A stretch of 64,000 nucleotides of DNA from Candidatus Gottesmanbacteria bacterium. GTDB lineage: Bacteria; Patescibacteriota; Microgenomatia; UBA10105; UBA927. The notes beneath the pieces are model-generated. The model was not told the origin of the DNA. It searched no databases and saw only the letters and a program-made list of their open reading frames with translations. Below are positions 26,638-36,925 of this stretch, piece after piece. The position numbers and the translations under genes were made by a program. The stretch is taken from contig JAHFKK010000001.1 of assembly GCA_023245335.1 (NCBI GenBank), positions 363,282-427,281 of the forward strand, read 5' to 3'. Every line of letters begins with the position of its first letter. Positions within the stretch are counted from its first letter, which is position 1.

Positions 26638-27822
26638 ATGAATAGATTTACGGCCCGGGTGACGGACCTCCCGAATTCGGGAATCGGATACATGATGCGC
26701 TATGCGTCCAAATATCCCGACGCGGTATCGCTCGGTCAGGGAACCCCGTTATTTCCTACACCCCAGTTTATTTATGAGGCAGTGATGGCCGAGGCCAAAC
26801 GCAATCCTTTGGTCGGTATGTATTCCGATACAAAAGCGGAAATAGAAGACAACCTGAAAGCCCGTATCGCAAAGCAAATGACGGAAGATTACGGATTCAC
26901 TCCGGAACCGGAACGGTTGGGCATAACAGTCGGGGGTGTGGGTGCGCTTTTTGCCGCAATCATGTCTTTGGTAGAAAAAGGCGATGAGGTCGTCTATTTC
27001 GATCCCAGTTATGCTCTGCACATTTCTCAGATTCATTTGGCTGAGGCGTCACCTGTTTTTGTCCCGTATGATGAGGCATCTGGCTGGTCCGTGAGCATAG
27101 AGAAACTCCGTAAGGCCATGACCAAACGGACCAAAATGATTATCCTCACCAATCCGAATAATCCCACGGGCACTGTACTGTCGGAATCGGAAGTCCGCGA
27201 GCTCGTGTCTATCGTGTTGGAGTATGATGTCATGCTTCTTTTGGATGAGGCATATTATTTCCTGACGTACGGCAAAAAATTATTCAGTCCTATGCGAATT
27301 CCGGAGATCCGCAACAACGTGATTCTGTGCCGGAGCTTTTCCAAGGAATTCGCCATGACCGGCTGGCGTGTGGGCTATGCGTATGCCGCACCCGAGTTTA
27401 CCCAGAAAATACAGAGCGTGCAGATCTATTTCAGCGTCTGTCCTCCGACGCCCTCCATAGTGGCCGCCACAGCGGCACTCTCCGATCCGCGGGGGAAGGA
27501 GACGACCGAGTGGCTCAAGCAGAAGTTTACCGAAAGTAAGGTTGCGATATGCGAACGGCTCGATCGATTGCCGAAACTGTTTTCGTATCACCCGCCGGAT
27601 GGCGCATATTATATATTCGCAAAATACTTGGGGTTTGACCTGCCTGCTATGGATTTCACAAAATTATTAGTAGATGAAGCAAAGGTCGTTACTATTCCAG
27701 GGAGCGGCATGGGTCCATCGGGTGCCGGGCATATCCGGATGTCATTTGCTGCGGATCAGAGCCTCATTCATGAGGCGTTTGACCACCTTGACGCATTCGC
27801 GAAGAAACGCAATCTCCTTTAG
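26638..27822 (+). CDS. Pyridoxal-phosphate-dependent aminotransferase, class I/II
   Basis: Fold-type I aminotransferase length. SFSKEFAMTGWRVGY carries the PLP-lysine motif (SxSK). The N-terminal region is typical of aspartate/aromatic or LL-DAP aminotransferases. Confidence 0.8.
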   Translation: MNRFTARVTDLPNSGIGYMMRYASKYPDAVSLGQGTPLFPTPQFIYEAVMAEAKRNPLVGMYSDTKAEIEDNLKARIAKQMTEDYGFTPEPERLGITVGGVGALFAAIMSLVEKGDEVVYFDPSYALHISQIHLAEASPVFVPYDEASGWSVSIEKLRKAMTKRTKMIILTNPNNPTGTVLSESEVRELVSIVLEYDVMLLLDEAYYFLTYGKKLFSPMRIPEIRNNVILCRSFSKEFAMTGWRVGYAYAAPEFTQKIQSVQIYFSVCPPTPSIVAATAALSDPRGKETTEWLKQKFTESKVAICERLDRLPKLFSYHPPDGAYYIFAKYLGFDLPAMDFTKLLVDEAKVVTIPGSGMGPSGAGHIRMSFAADQSLIHEAFDHLDAFAKKRNLL

Positions 27823-27828
27823 CTACTT

Positions 27829-29217
27829 TCAGGATTTCCGTCGGAAGATGACCTGTTCTTTTGTCTCGTAGACGGGCAGGTATCTCGTATCTTTACGAAG
27901 GGTCGCTACGAGGACATGTATGTCGACGCCAAAAAAGTCATTGATGTTTTGCCCCTCCCGTAAGTCCAGCACGAAATAATCCGGCATGAAATCCGTGTAT
28001 ACCGCACGTAGGAGATATACCTTGTGCGTGTGAATCATATGAGGTGCGAGGTTGTTTTGCGTCATGACGGTCGTTCCCGACGGCACGCGGGCGATGAGAT
28101 CGTTGAGAAACCCGAAGTGCCGGGAATCACGATAAAACGTGGGATTGTACGCGAGTCCAAGTGGAGAGCGGAGAATGAATCTATGCAGAACGAGGGAAAG
28201 GACGATAAGTGCGGTTGCTATACCGGGTACGAAGAAACGGTGCCACTTCTTCTTCATGAGACGAAGGCAGCCCATGATGGATGAAAACGAAAGGATAGCA
28301 GCCATTTGTATGTTGTAATGGAGCCCGAGCGTCCAGCGAAGGGTAAATTCCTTTTGCATAAACCGTGTTGCGATATCCTGCACAATCAAAGGCCAGGCCG
28401 GAGGATAAAGCAGCGGGAGGAAGCCGAAACTAAGGAAACTGACCCAGAGCGTTTCCCGTTTCACCGGATCGTTCACAAACGACCCGATAAGTGCAGACGG
28501 ATGATAATCGAGTGTGGGCGTATAGAAGTACCGCTGACCGTAAAAGTAGGGTATGACTATCTGTGTGGTGAGGATTCCCCAGACTACGGAAATGACGCCG
28601 ACCACGATAGCGGTACGAAGCCAGCGCTTGTCGATAAAATATATGAGGATGGCAAGTCCTACGCCCAAGAGAGCACTGCTTTCTTTGAATCCCAGCGTTA
28701 TGAAGAAGCTCACCCAAAATAACGTTTTATTTTTAGTGACGAGACCATAGAACGTGAGCATGAGCGGAAGAGACATAAACGTGACCTCGTGCACGTCCGC
28801 TATAATTGCATTTTGCGTGCCGACAAAGAGGAGATAACTGCAGGTGATGGCAAGAGGGAGTAGCCGATTTTTTAATACGTGTTTTCCGATGAGGTACAAG
28901 ACGAGCCCGCTCAATCCTACGGCAAGCGCTTGCGCTACAAGGAGCGCTTCGGGCCGGCTGGTAAGCCAATAAATGGGCGTCAGGAGGAACATGCTGGGAC
29001 TGAAATGGTCGGCGAATATGAGTTTGCCGCCGATGACGTAATGATCGACTATGGGAGGACGTAAGTGCGCGACGTTCCAGATCGCCTGGTCAAATATGCC
29101 GAAATCATAATAAAACACTTCGTATTGGAAGAAGCGGTGGACCGACACGAGGATTGCGGCTAGGGTGTAGAGCGCGATACTGCAGTAAGCGAGAAGGTCA
29201 ACGAGACGGTTTTTCAT
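27829..29217 (-). CDS. DUF2079-family polytopic membrane protein (predicted glycosyltransferase-like)
   Basis: About 12 TM helices, with HFSP and other DUF2079-like conserved stretches near the N-terminus. Confidence 0.55.
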   Translation of the reverse strand: MKNRLVDLLAYCSIALYTLAAILVSVHRFFQYEVFYYDFGIFDQAIWNVAHLRPPIVDHYVIGGKLIFADHFSPSMFLLTPIYWLTSRPEALLVAQALAVGLSGLVLYLIGKHVLKNRLLPLAITCSYLLFVGTQNAIIADVHEVTFMSLPLMLTFYGLVTKNKTLFWVSFFITLGFKESSALLGVGLAILIYFIDKRWLRTAIVVGVISVVWGILTTQIVIPYFYGQRYFYTPTLDYHPSALIGSFVNDPVKRETLWVSFLSFGFLPLLYPPAWPLIVQDIATRFMQKEFTLRWTLGLHYNIQMAAILSFSSIMGCLRLMKKKWHRFFVPGIATALIVLSLVLHRFILRSPLGLAYNPTFYRDSRHFGFLNDLIARVPSGTTVMTQNNLAPHMIHTHKVYLLRAVYTDFMPDYFVLDLREGQNINDFFGVDIHVLVATLRKDTRYLPVYETKEQVIFRRKS

Positions 29218-29218
29218 A

Positions 29219-30097
29219 CTATATCTTCAGCTTTTCTACGAGAACGCCGGAGGAAATGATAAGGAGTCCGCCGACGATCTGGATCGGTGTCAATGATTCT
29301 TTGAGTATCGGCACTGCCATAAATGCCACCAGAACCGGAGTAAATGACATGATCATCGTGACAAATGATGCGCTCGCATATTTAAATGCGTGAAACTGGA
29401 ATGTCGTGAGGGCGAAGTCCCCGACGGTGATACCCAGTATCAAAAGCCATTCCTTCGGGATATGGAGTGTCGTATGTGTTGCTGCGATGAGAATTACAGG
29501 GATGAGTGCGATCGCAAATCTACCGGACGCGCCGAGCCCCGGTGTCATACGGTTGGCTGCGAGCTTGATAAGCACGCCGTTTCCTATGGCAAGAAGCATC
29601 GCTTCAAGAAGCGTCAGGAGATCGCCCGTCGACAAATGTAAGAGCTGGCCGTTGGTCGTGAGTAAGTAGGCGCCGGAAAGAATGGTGATGAGGAGCACGA
29701 GTTTCTTTTTCGTCACCGGTTCATGGAGGAATATCGCTGCGAAGATGATGATAAATACGGAGACCATCCGGATGAGGAATGAAAAATTCACAGCCGGAGT
29801 ATTCGCGAGTGCGAATGCCTCGACGAAGCTTACCGCGACGGAGCTTATGAGTGCCATGCCGACGAGGAGCCAGATATCCTTTTTTGTGAGTTTGCGGACA
29901 TTTTTCTTTTCTTTGGAAAATACGAAGAGCCAGTACGGAGCCGCCAGTATCGTCGTCCAGAAGGCGAGGTTGTACGGATTTTCGCCGTGACTCAAAACTA
30001 TACGCCCCAATACGATACTCGTCGCCCAGAAGAACGACGAAAGGAACGTAAAAATAAATCCTTTAGATAATTTCATGCAGATATCGGTTTGCGACAA
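29219..30097 (-). CDS. EamA/DMT-family transporter
   Basis: 10-TM protein with the duplicated EamA architecture. Confidence 0.75.
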   Translation of the reverse strand: MSQTDICMKLSKGFIFTFLSSFFWATSIVLGRIVLSHGENPYNLAFWTTILAAPYWLFVFSKEKKNVRKLTKKDIWLLVGMALISSVAVSFVEAFALANTPAVNFSFLIRMVSVFIIIFAAIFLHEPVTKKKLVLLITILSGAYLLTTNGQLLHLSTGDLLTLLEAMLLAIGNGVLIKLAANRMTPGLGASGRFAIALIPVILIAATHTTLHIPKEWLLILGITVGDFALTTFQFHAFKYASASFVTMIMSFTPVLVAFMAVPILKESLTPIQIVGGLLIISSGVLVEKLKI

Positions 30098-30980
30098 AGA
30101 CGCTGCTCACGATAATGATACCCCCGATCATTTCCGGCACCCCCACCATTTCGTGATACATAACATAGCCGAACAGAAGAGCAAATACATTGTCTAAAAG
30201 TAGTACCTGTGTGCCGATGACCGCATCCAGATGGTTGAAGGCAAAAATTTCCAAAGGATTTACCAGGATATTCATACCCGTGCCTATCACTAGACCGAGG
30301 AGGACGTGCGGATTGGTAAACGCGGAGACAGAGATAGTTTCACCTCGAAGTATTGCTATGAGAAATCCGGATATCGCCGCGATGGTCATGACGGAGATCG
30401 TAATTTCGTGTGTGTTGAGATGTGTGGAAAGAAGCTTACGGCCTACATAAAACCACGCCATCGTAGCGGTCGCAAGGAGCGCAAACCACTCGCCCTTTCC
30501 GAATACCGTAAGATGAGGAACGAACGACTTGGTTGCGACCATGGTGATGCCGATAAGGGACGTGATAAGAAGCGCGATCAGTTTTCCGTTCAGTGGTTTT
30601 TTGAGAACGAAAAATGCGTATAGATATGAAAAGAACGGCACAGAAGCAAATATGACGGTGACGTTGATAAGTTTCGCGTTGATTGCTGCAAGCGTGCTGA
30701 AATAAACAGCTATGGAATACCCGATGATTCCCATAGAAAGCAGTATGAGGAAATCGCGCGCCGGCATTGTAATAATTCGTTTCCAACGCAGGTGTTTCCG
30801 GAATAGAGCCATGAGTATGAGCGCTCCGAAGCTGATGCGTAGGTACACCTGGGTCATGGGTGGGAATCCTTCGGCAAGTAATCGAGATGAAACGTTTAGT
30901 AGACTATATGCGGCAGCGACAAGTACCAGGCCTGCGACGGCGAGACGATGTACAGAGTAACGGGAGAGTTGTTTGATCAT
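30063..30980 (-). CDS. EamA/DMT-family transporter
   Basis: 10-TM protein with the duplicated EamA architecture. Arranged in tandem with its neighbours. Confidence 0.75.
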   Translation of the reverse strand: MIKQLSRYSVHRLAVAGLVLVAAAYSLLNVSSRLLAEGFPPMTQVYLRISFGALILMALFRKHLRWKRIITMPARDFLILLSMGIIGYSIAVYFSTLAAINAKLINVTVIFASVPFFSYLYAFFVLKKPLNGKLIALLITSLIGITMVATKSFVPHLTVFGKGEWFALLATATMAWFYVGRKLLSTHLNTHEITISVMTIAAISGFLIAILRGETISVSAFTNPHVLLGLVIGTGMNILVNPLEIFAFNHLDAVIGTQVLLLDNVFALLFGYVMYHEMVGVPEMIGGIIIVSSVFVANRYLHEII

Positions 30981-31879
30981 TAGGAGTTGTCGCCTTTCAG
31001 GATAATGAGTATCGAAGAAATTATAACAAGTACGCCCCCAAATGTTGCATACATGCCCGGGATTTCCCGGAAAAAAAGAAATGCCAATAGTGTAGCAAAG
31101 AGAAGTTCGGAAAGAAGTAGGATGCTGCCTAAGGCCGACTTAATATATTGGAAGCCTTTGCTCATAAGGAGCCACGCGAGAAAGTTATCAATGCCGAAAA
31201 GGACCGTGACGAGCCAGGTATTCGGAGCTAGTGTTGTAATTCCGTTTCCTCCGGCATAAAAAGAATGTTCAAAAGACAATGAGAGCACTCCGAGCACAAG
31301 GACACCGACAAACGTACTGACGAGAAGTAATAGTTGGGAGCTATATTGTGGCAGCTTTTTGCGGCTTATAAGGTAAAACGACTGGCCAAAGGCAGACAGA
31401 AGTGCGGAAAATCCTCCGATCTTCCATGTCGCGAATGAATTCGGCCGGAAAAGCAGTAAGAGCGCAAGTAATGTGACGGCGAGAGCAATCAGGTTATATC
31501 TGTTCGCCTTTTCCTTCAGTATGAAATAACCCAGGATAGGCGTAATGATGGAAAAGCAATAAAAGATAAATAAACCGTTACTTACTTCAGTGTAGATGAT
31601 GCCGTACGTAAAAAAGAGATTCGTGAGTGCATACCCAAATACCGCAACGAGAACGAGAAATACAATAGTATTTTTGGAAAGTGCAAACTTGGACTTGGTG
31701 ATGATGAAGTAGACGAGAGCAGAAAGAAAGGCAAAAATATACCGGAGGAATACCTGTGACATCGGGGGAACATGGCCGCTCCCGAGGAAACGGATAAGAA
31801 TCGGCATAATGCTATAGAGAAGTGCCGATCCCAAGAGAAAAATAATACCTTTGGTGTTATCCCCGGATTTCCGAATCAT
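30980..31879 (-). CDS. EamA/DMT-family transporter
   Basis: 10-TM protein with the duplicated EamA architecture. Third member of the tandem set. Confidence 0.75.
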   Translation of the reverse strand: MIRKSGDNTKGIIFLLGSALLYSIMPILIRFLGSGHVPPMSQVFLRYIFAFLSALVYFIITKSKFALSKNTIVFLVLVAVFGYALTNLFFTYGIIYTEVSNGLFIFYCFSIITPILGYFILKEKANRYNLIALAVTLLALLLLFRPNSFATWKIGGFSALLSAFGQSFYLISRKKLPQYSSQLLLLVSTFVGVLVLGVLSLSFEHSFYAGGNGITTLAPNTWLVTVLFGIDNFLAWLLMSKGFQYIKSALGSILLLSELLFATLLAFLFFREIPGMYATFGGVLVIISSILIILKGDNS

Positions 31880-31929
31880 TCCAGGTTAATGATATCACTC
31901 AAAGCGTTGGATAGCTACGAAAGGCAGAT

Positions 31930-32463
31930 TCAAATGTACGGGAGGAGCTGGGGGATTTTGGCGTAGCCGGAACTCTCGGTGAAGTGCCCGGCGCCTTTGA
32001 CGAATATATAGGTAGCACCGAATCGTTTGCTCATGGCTTCCATGGTAAACGCCGTCATATACGGGTCGTTATCCGAGGACGTGACGTAGATATCCTTCAC
32101 ATTCTTTCTAATAGCATTATGATTCATTTTTGTTTTCCAAAATGACTGATGCTCGACCGTGAGATCATCAAAATCCCATCCGGAGACGAGAAATAGTTTC
32201 CTGAACTTATGTTTTTCCGCAAGCCGCATGGCGAGAAGCGATCCCAGGCTATGCCCAAAGACAATAAAGTCGTCGGCAAGCGGTACCGTTTTTTCTATGA
32301 AGTCCATTTGTGATTTGAGGTCCGGGGCATCCGTTTCCATGGTTGGGATTTCCGGGAGATAGACGGTATATCCTTTTGTCTCAAGCTCTTTTTTCAGCCA
32401 CGGGGACCAATGTTTATCCGGCCCGTTGTGCCAAGCGTGGAGGATAAGTGCGGATTTTGTCAT
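31930..32463 (-). CDS. Alpha/beta serine hydrolase, RBBP9/YdeN family
   Basis: ILHAWHNGPDKHW, the nucleophile elbow FGHSLGS, and C-terminal GAGHF. Start set at the internal Met MTKSALIL. Confidence 0.65.
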   Translation of the reverse strand: MTKSALILHAWHNGPDKHWSPWLKKELETKGYTVYLPEIPTMETDAPDLKSQMDFIEKTVPLADDFIVFGHSLGSLLAMRLAEKHKFRKLFLVSGWDFDDLTVEHQSFWKTKMNHNAIRKNVKDIYVTSSDNDPYMTAFTMEAMSKRFGATYIFVKGAGHFTESSGYAKIPQLLPYI

Positions 32464-32548
32464 GGTTAGATTATAGTGGATCCTTGCAAGTAGAAAACAA
32501 CGGCGTTTTTGATTTGACCAGTTTTGAGCGTTATAATAGGCCGCGACT

Positions 32549-33193
32549 ATGAAGTTAGCTGAAATCGATGACATACCGATAGGCTTAGTCGATATAGCGG
32601 AGCACTATATTAGCGCTCCGGAATTGCGTGACTCGTTTCGATATGCCCGACGCCATATGCCGGTGTTTCGGAGAGAGCTCGGTGAGCTGGATCAAATTGT
32701 ATCTGCCATTAATACCACTGATGTGGCTCGCCTTCCTCAGGACATGGTGAACACACGACGGTTGAAAGGATATCTGAAAGCCACGAATAAACAGCTCCCC
32801 TTAATGCTCAACGAGGCGACCCAACGGGATCGTTTTCTTCAGAGTCGATATGCAAGAATGTTGCAAGAAGGAGACAAGTTGCTTGGCCCGTTTTTCCATT
32901 TCCATACGAATATCCATGCAGACGGGCGGCGGCTGTCGGCGGCAGTCATGGACGGTTACGGATTGTTTGTTCCGTTTATTTTGGGGAGAACAGGAGACTT
33001 ACTTAAGGAAACTCAAGGACTTGCCGTCAATGCATTATGTGAGGTATTAGCCGAATCGCAGGCAAAAAATATTCGACCATCACGGTTATTTACGAATACA
33101 AAGAGAAACGGTTGGTACAAGCCTGATTATGGGTTGCGTAGTGATTTCCTTGCAAGACACAACCTACTGAGCGAGTCCGGCGCATCAACGTAA
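32549..33193 (+). CDS. Hypothetical protein
   Basis: 214 aa ORF preceded by TTGATT-17-TATAAT at about 32505..32535. No recognisable family. Confidence 0.4.
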   Translation: MKLAEIDDIPIGLVDIAEHYISAPELRDSFRYARRHMPVFRRELGELDQIVSAINTTDVARLPQDMVNTRRLKGYLKATNKQLPLMLNEATQRDRFLQSRYARMLQEGDKLLGPFFHFHTNIHADGRRLSAAVMDGYGLFVPFILGRTGDLLKETQGLAVNALCEVLAESQAKNIRPSRLFTNTKRNGWYKPDYGLRSDFLARHNLLSESGAST

Positions 33194-33291
33194 GAAGCGA
33201 ATATAGTTAATACTCAAGGCAGTCTTGTCGCGGTAAATCTTGCCCGCGGATGTGATGGGTGAGAAGCAGTCGGTGATCCTATAAATACCAT

Positions 33292-33519
33292 TCATTTTCC
33301 ATTTAGACGACACCGTTCTTTTTTAACGTTCTTGCCTGTGCTTAGATGAGTCAGACGATTGTAATGTGGTAGCCCATCTATACTAATAGAGAAATTGTAG
33401 GCTGTGTCTTGATCGGCAAAGACTAGGATAGTTGTTGGTTCTGACGGCGATCCTAGCATGCGGTCGACTTTTTGAAGTCCTTCCGTGTCCCATTCCAGTC
33501 CTTCTAAGTGGATAAACAT
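33292..33519 (-). CDS. Small hypothetical ORF; may be a gene remnant
   Basis: 75 aa ORF in a 330 nt gap. No recognisable family. Confidence 0.2.
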   Translation of the reverse strand: MFIHLEGLEWDTEGLQKVDRMLGSPSEPTTILVFADQDTAYNFSISIDGLPHYNRLTHLSTGKNVKKERCRLNGK

Positions 33520-33525
33520 AAGTAG

Positions 33526-33852
33526 TTATTTTAGTTCACCGATGATCCAATCCAGATATTTTTTACTGGCGTGTGACACAGGGAAAGCGAGGATCTCGGG
33601 ATTTTTGTACCCATGCATCTTTATGACGGCCTTTTCCATCTCACGCCATTTGGATTCGAGAGTTTTGACCAGAAGCAATGTCTCATCGGCATAATCTACG
33701 GTGGATTTGCCGGGCGGCCATAGATAGGAAGACTGCACTCCATCCAGTATCTGCATGCAGGCAATGAGACGGTGTTTGAGTAAATGAATGCCGATACTGT
33801 CAGCTTCATTTTTGTCACGGCAGGATATAAAACCCAAAAGCATGGTGGTCAT
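33526..33852 (-). CDS. cutA: Divalent-cation tolerance protein CutA
   Basis: CutA1 fold signature (RLIACMQILDGVQSSYLWPPGKSTVDYADETLLLVKT...HGYKNPEILAFP). Confidence 0.75.
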   Translation of the reverse strand: MTTMLLGFISCRDKNEADSIGIHLLKHRLIACMQILDGVQSSYLWPPGKSTVDYADETLLLVKTLESKWREMEKAVIKMHGYKNPEILAFPVSHASKKYLDWIIGELK

Positions 33853-33857
33853 ACCGT

Positions 33858-34712
33858 TTACCCCACAAATCCTAACGCAACTATACCCGTTAATGCAACT
33901 ATGATGCCGATGAGCTGACGTTTGGTGAGTTTTTCATGAAAGATAAGGAAAGCTAAAAGCACAGAAAGTGTAGGAGAAGCGCTACCGATTGGCGCAACAA
34001 TGGCAGCAAGCCCATGTTGTAAGCCGACATTAAAGAAAAAGTCACCACCGCGCAGAAGCAGCAGGCTGGCAAGAATCGGAATGCGGGCTTTGGAAAGTGC
34101 ATTTGTAGAAATGCGGATATGCATCCGTCGGAACCATAGGTAAAAAAGGGGTAGCCAGAAAAACGAAAGGTATACCGGCCAGAACCAGCTTAACGTCGGG
34201 GTAAATAGTTTGACTACCGTAAAGAATAGGCCAAAGCTGAAAGCAGAATACAGCGCAAGCCACACGCCCCGCATATGATTTCGGTCTACGTGTGCACCGG
34301 GTTTGTACGTGCAGAGAAACACACCCAAGAAGATGCCGGCGATGATTATAAACTTAGAGAGATTCAGCGGTTCATGAAAAAAGAGCGTTGAGAAAAGGAC
34401 GATGAGTGCGCCGAACGACCCCATGATGGTAAGCACAATGGAGACGTCACTTTCTACCAAGGCCAGACTGACGGCAAAATTTCCGGACTGGTAAAGAAAA
34501 CCGACCAGAATCGCTGCGGCGATCACTATGAGCGGCGCCGAGATCAGCATGTGCCAGTAGAGGAAGGCGAGCGGGGTAAACAGGAGTGCAGCGCCGGTCA
34601 TTATCCAAAATGTCGTTTGATATCCGCCTATTTTTCTGGCAGTGATGGCGCCGAAAATATCGCCGATGCCCCAGCCGAAATACGAAATAAGCCCAAAAAT
34701 ATACGCCAGCAT
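33858..34712 (-). CDS. EamA/DMT-family transporter
   Basis: 10-TM protein with the duplicated EamA architecture. Confidence 0.7.
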   Translation of the reverse strand: MLAYIFGLISYFGWGIGDIFGAITARKIGGYQTTFWIMTGAALLFTPLAFLYWHMLISAPLIVIAAAILVGFLYQSGNFAVSLALVESDVSIVLTIMGSFGALIVLFSTLFFHEPLNLSKFIIIAGIFLGVFLCTYKPGAHVDRNHMRGVWLALYSAFSFGLFFTVVKLFTPTLSWFWPVYLSFFWLPLFYLWFRRMHIRISTNALSKARIPILASLLLLRGGDFFFNVGLQHGLAAIVAPIGSASPTLSVLLAFLIFHEKLTKRQLIGIIVALTGIVALGFVG

Positions 34713-34724
34713 AGTAGGCTCAAA

Positions 34725-35696
34725 TTATAATATTTTTTTGACTGCGGCGTATGCGCGCAGTCCGTCCCACCCCCGGTCCAGCCAGGTCTGCGTCTGTTTG
34801 GTCATGTCGTGTTCGATGCGCATGTGATACGACATACCGATAGCATAGGCGGCAAATTGGCTGCGGATGAGCGTCGGGAGCGCCGCAATTTCATCTTTGG
34901 TAAGCGGTCGTTTTTCCTCATACGTATCTAAAATAGTTCGGATGATGGCGCTTCGTTTTGTCGTGTCGACGTAGAGAGTGAAGTTTGCGATAAATGTCGC
35001 GATATCGAGGATCGAGGCCTGATAATCCATGCAGCCAAAATCAAGTATGCATATCTCTCCGGTGGCGCTTTTTAGTATATTTTCTTTTTCGAACGTCCCA
35101 TGGATGATACTCCGGGGAAATAGAGAAAGGTTTATTTTACCTAGTTTCGTTACGACCGGTGTGATGGCAGTAAGTTCATCGGAATTCAGTGCGGATTTTT
35201 TCGTTTTAAACTCTTCCGGCAGATTTATGATGCCGAGTGAATCGTAGTAGGGATGAATGACGCCCTGAATGCGATGGATGGCCGACATTGTCCGGGTTAA
35301 GGTCACAAGATCCGTATCCGTGACCGGAGTACGCGTAAACGGTTTACCGGGAAAATACTCAAAGACGCAAAGATATATCGGGTGTGTTTTCCCTGGGATG
35401 TCGATGAGTTTTCGTTTGTCCGCCGTCTCAAGGAGCCCTGGAACCGGAAGACGGAGTTTAGCCGATGCGGTATGCGCCCGGATCACGTCGTCTATGCGCT
35501 GTTTGGATCTGTCTGCGGCAAATATTTTGACGACATATTTACCGTTTGTTGTCGTGAGCTCGACATTATAGTCCTGATAGCCCGTGGTGATGGGTACGAA
35601 GGAGACAACAGTACCAAGGGCAAATAATTGCGCCGTGTGTTCGAGTATACTCGGCAAGGTACGCGTGCTGCCGACACGACTGAAGGAGTCGTCCAT
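34725..35696 (-). CDS. Phosphotransferase-family kinase (APH/ChoK/HSK-II-like)
   Basis: Protein-kinase-like fold motifs: Brenner-like region, ICILDFGCMDYQASILDIAT (a DFG-equivalent), and APH-family length. Confidence 0.7.
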   Translation of the reverse strand: MDDSFSRVGSTRTLPSILEHTAQLFALGTVVSFVPITTGYQDYNVELTTTNGKYVVKIFAADRSKQRIDDVIRAHTASAKLRLPVPGLLETADKRKLIDIPGKTHPIYLCVFEYFPGKPFTRTPVTDTDLVTLTRTMSAIHRIQGVIHPYYDSLGIINLPEEFKTKKSALNSDELTAITPVVTKLGKINLSLFPRSIIHGTFEKENILKSATGEICILDFGCMDYQASILDIATFIANFTLYVDTTKRSAIIRTILDTYEEKRPLTKDEIAALPTLIRSQFAAYAIGMSYHMRIEHDMTKQTQTWLDRGWDGLRAYAAVKKIL

Positions 35697-35702
35697 AATG
35701 AT

Positions 35703-36044
35703 TTATTTCACCATGTGGTGTTGTTTAGCTTTCCAGGCAGGGGTGGTCGCGATAAAAAGAGCCATGTGTCCTTCCCAGTAAAATTTTTCTTTGGGCCTGA
35801 GGAAGATGCAGTCACCGATGACGATGGGAATTTTTTTCCCCGTGACACCGATAAACCCGTCGCCGCTTATCACCAATGCCAATTCTTTGGATATCATGTT
35901 CATCGCATAGCCTTTGACCGGATAGCGGCCGGAGATAATCGCGGTGGCGCCGCTTAGACCCCGCTCCCGCATGACATATTCTTCTACCGTTGTCGTCGGA
36001 GCTGTCTCTACCCAATGGGTTTGCTTTTGTTTAACGATCTGCAT
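35703..36044 (-). CDS. Cupin-domain protein
   Basis: 113 aa beta-barrel cupin-like sequence (ISKELALVISGDGFIGVTGKKIPIVIGDCIFLRP). Confidence 0.55.
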   Translation of the reverse strand: MQIVKQKQTHWVETAPTTTVEEYVMRERGLSGATAIISGRYPVKGYAMNMISKELALVISGDGFIGVTGKKIPIVIGDCIFLRPKEKFYWEGHMALFIATTPAWKAKQHHMVK

Positions 36045-36074
36045 GGGTTATGAAGCCTATTGTACTCCTCCCGA

Positions 36075-36851
36075 TCATCTTCTGTCGAAGAAGGAGTGAA
36101 GCATGAGGGCAACGATGATGGTAACGCCGCTTATAACCACTATGCTGACCATCTGCATGATTTTTGCACTGGTCCACCATGCAGGCTTAGGAGTTGGTGT
36201 CGGGGTGATGATTGCCGGCATAAGCGTCGGCGACGGAAGGGGTGCGAGTGTCGGGAATGCGCCGGTATAAATCATCGGTGTTTCATTGACGATTATTTCC
36301 TGCGTCGGTGCGGGTGTGCGGATGGGTGTCGGCGTAAGAGCGTTGTCGTTCACCACAACCGTATATGTGCAGTAGGATGGGTAACTGGACCAGCTGTTAT
36401 TGTTGTCACGAACGTGGCAGGTGACGTTATATGATCCGGGGTTGGCATAGGCGTGCGTGATCGAGAACGCGCCGTATTGCCCGACGTTTTTTTCTACGAG
36501 CTGCTTCTGGTCTCCGCCGAATCCGAACTCTGCTGCCGTTATGTCATTATTCGAGTCGTAGCCGGCACACGCGAAGTTGACGGTCAGCGGTTTGACTCCT
36601 GCACCGGGGTTTGCTGAGAGCCCGAGACATCTGGGAGGGCTATTGGTCGGAGTAGGCGTGAGGGTCGGGGTGACGGTGGGCGTAAGCGTCTCAGACGGTG
36701 TGGCGGTGGGGGTAAGATTTATGGTTGGTGTCGCGTTGGTGTCTGTCGCCCTGCTTCTCACGTCCTGGGGTTGCGTCACGATGGCCCAGATGATAAGCGG
36801 AAATATGATAAGCGCGATAAGCAGCAATAATTTCGCAGCGGATGATTTCAT
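36075..36851 (-). CDS. Surface protein with PKD domain, Thr/Pro linkers and C-terminal TM anchor
   Basis: Signal peptide. PKD signature VNFACAGYDSNNDITAAEFGFGGD...ITHAYANPGSYNVTCHVRDNNNSWS. C-terminal helix VSIVVISGVTIIVALML. Confidence 0.7.
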   Translation of the reverse strand: MKSSAAKLLLLIALIIFPLIIWAIVTQPQDVRSRATDTNATPTINLTPTATPSETLTPTVTPTLTPTPTNSPPRCLGLSANPGAGVKPLTVNFACAGYDSNNDITAAEFGFGGDQKQLVEKNVGQYGAFSITHAYANPGSYNVTCHVRDNNNSWSSYPSYCTYTVVVNDNALTPTPIRTPAPTQEIIVNETPMIYTGAFPTLAPLPSPTLMPAIITPTPTPKPAWWTSAKIMQMVSIVVISGVTIIVALMLHSFFDRR

Positions 36852-36925
36852 GGATCGTTTTCAGTATACGGGTGTTCTTTCTAGAGGTCAATGGAAGAGG
36901 CCATAATCGTGATATAATTCACCAT

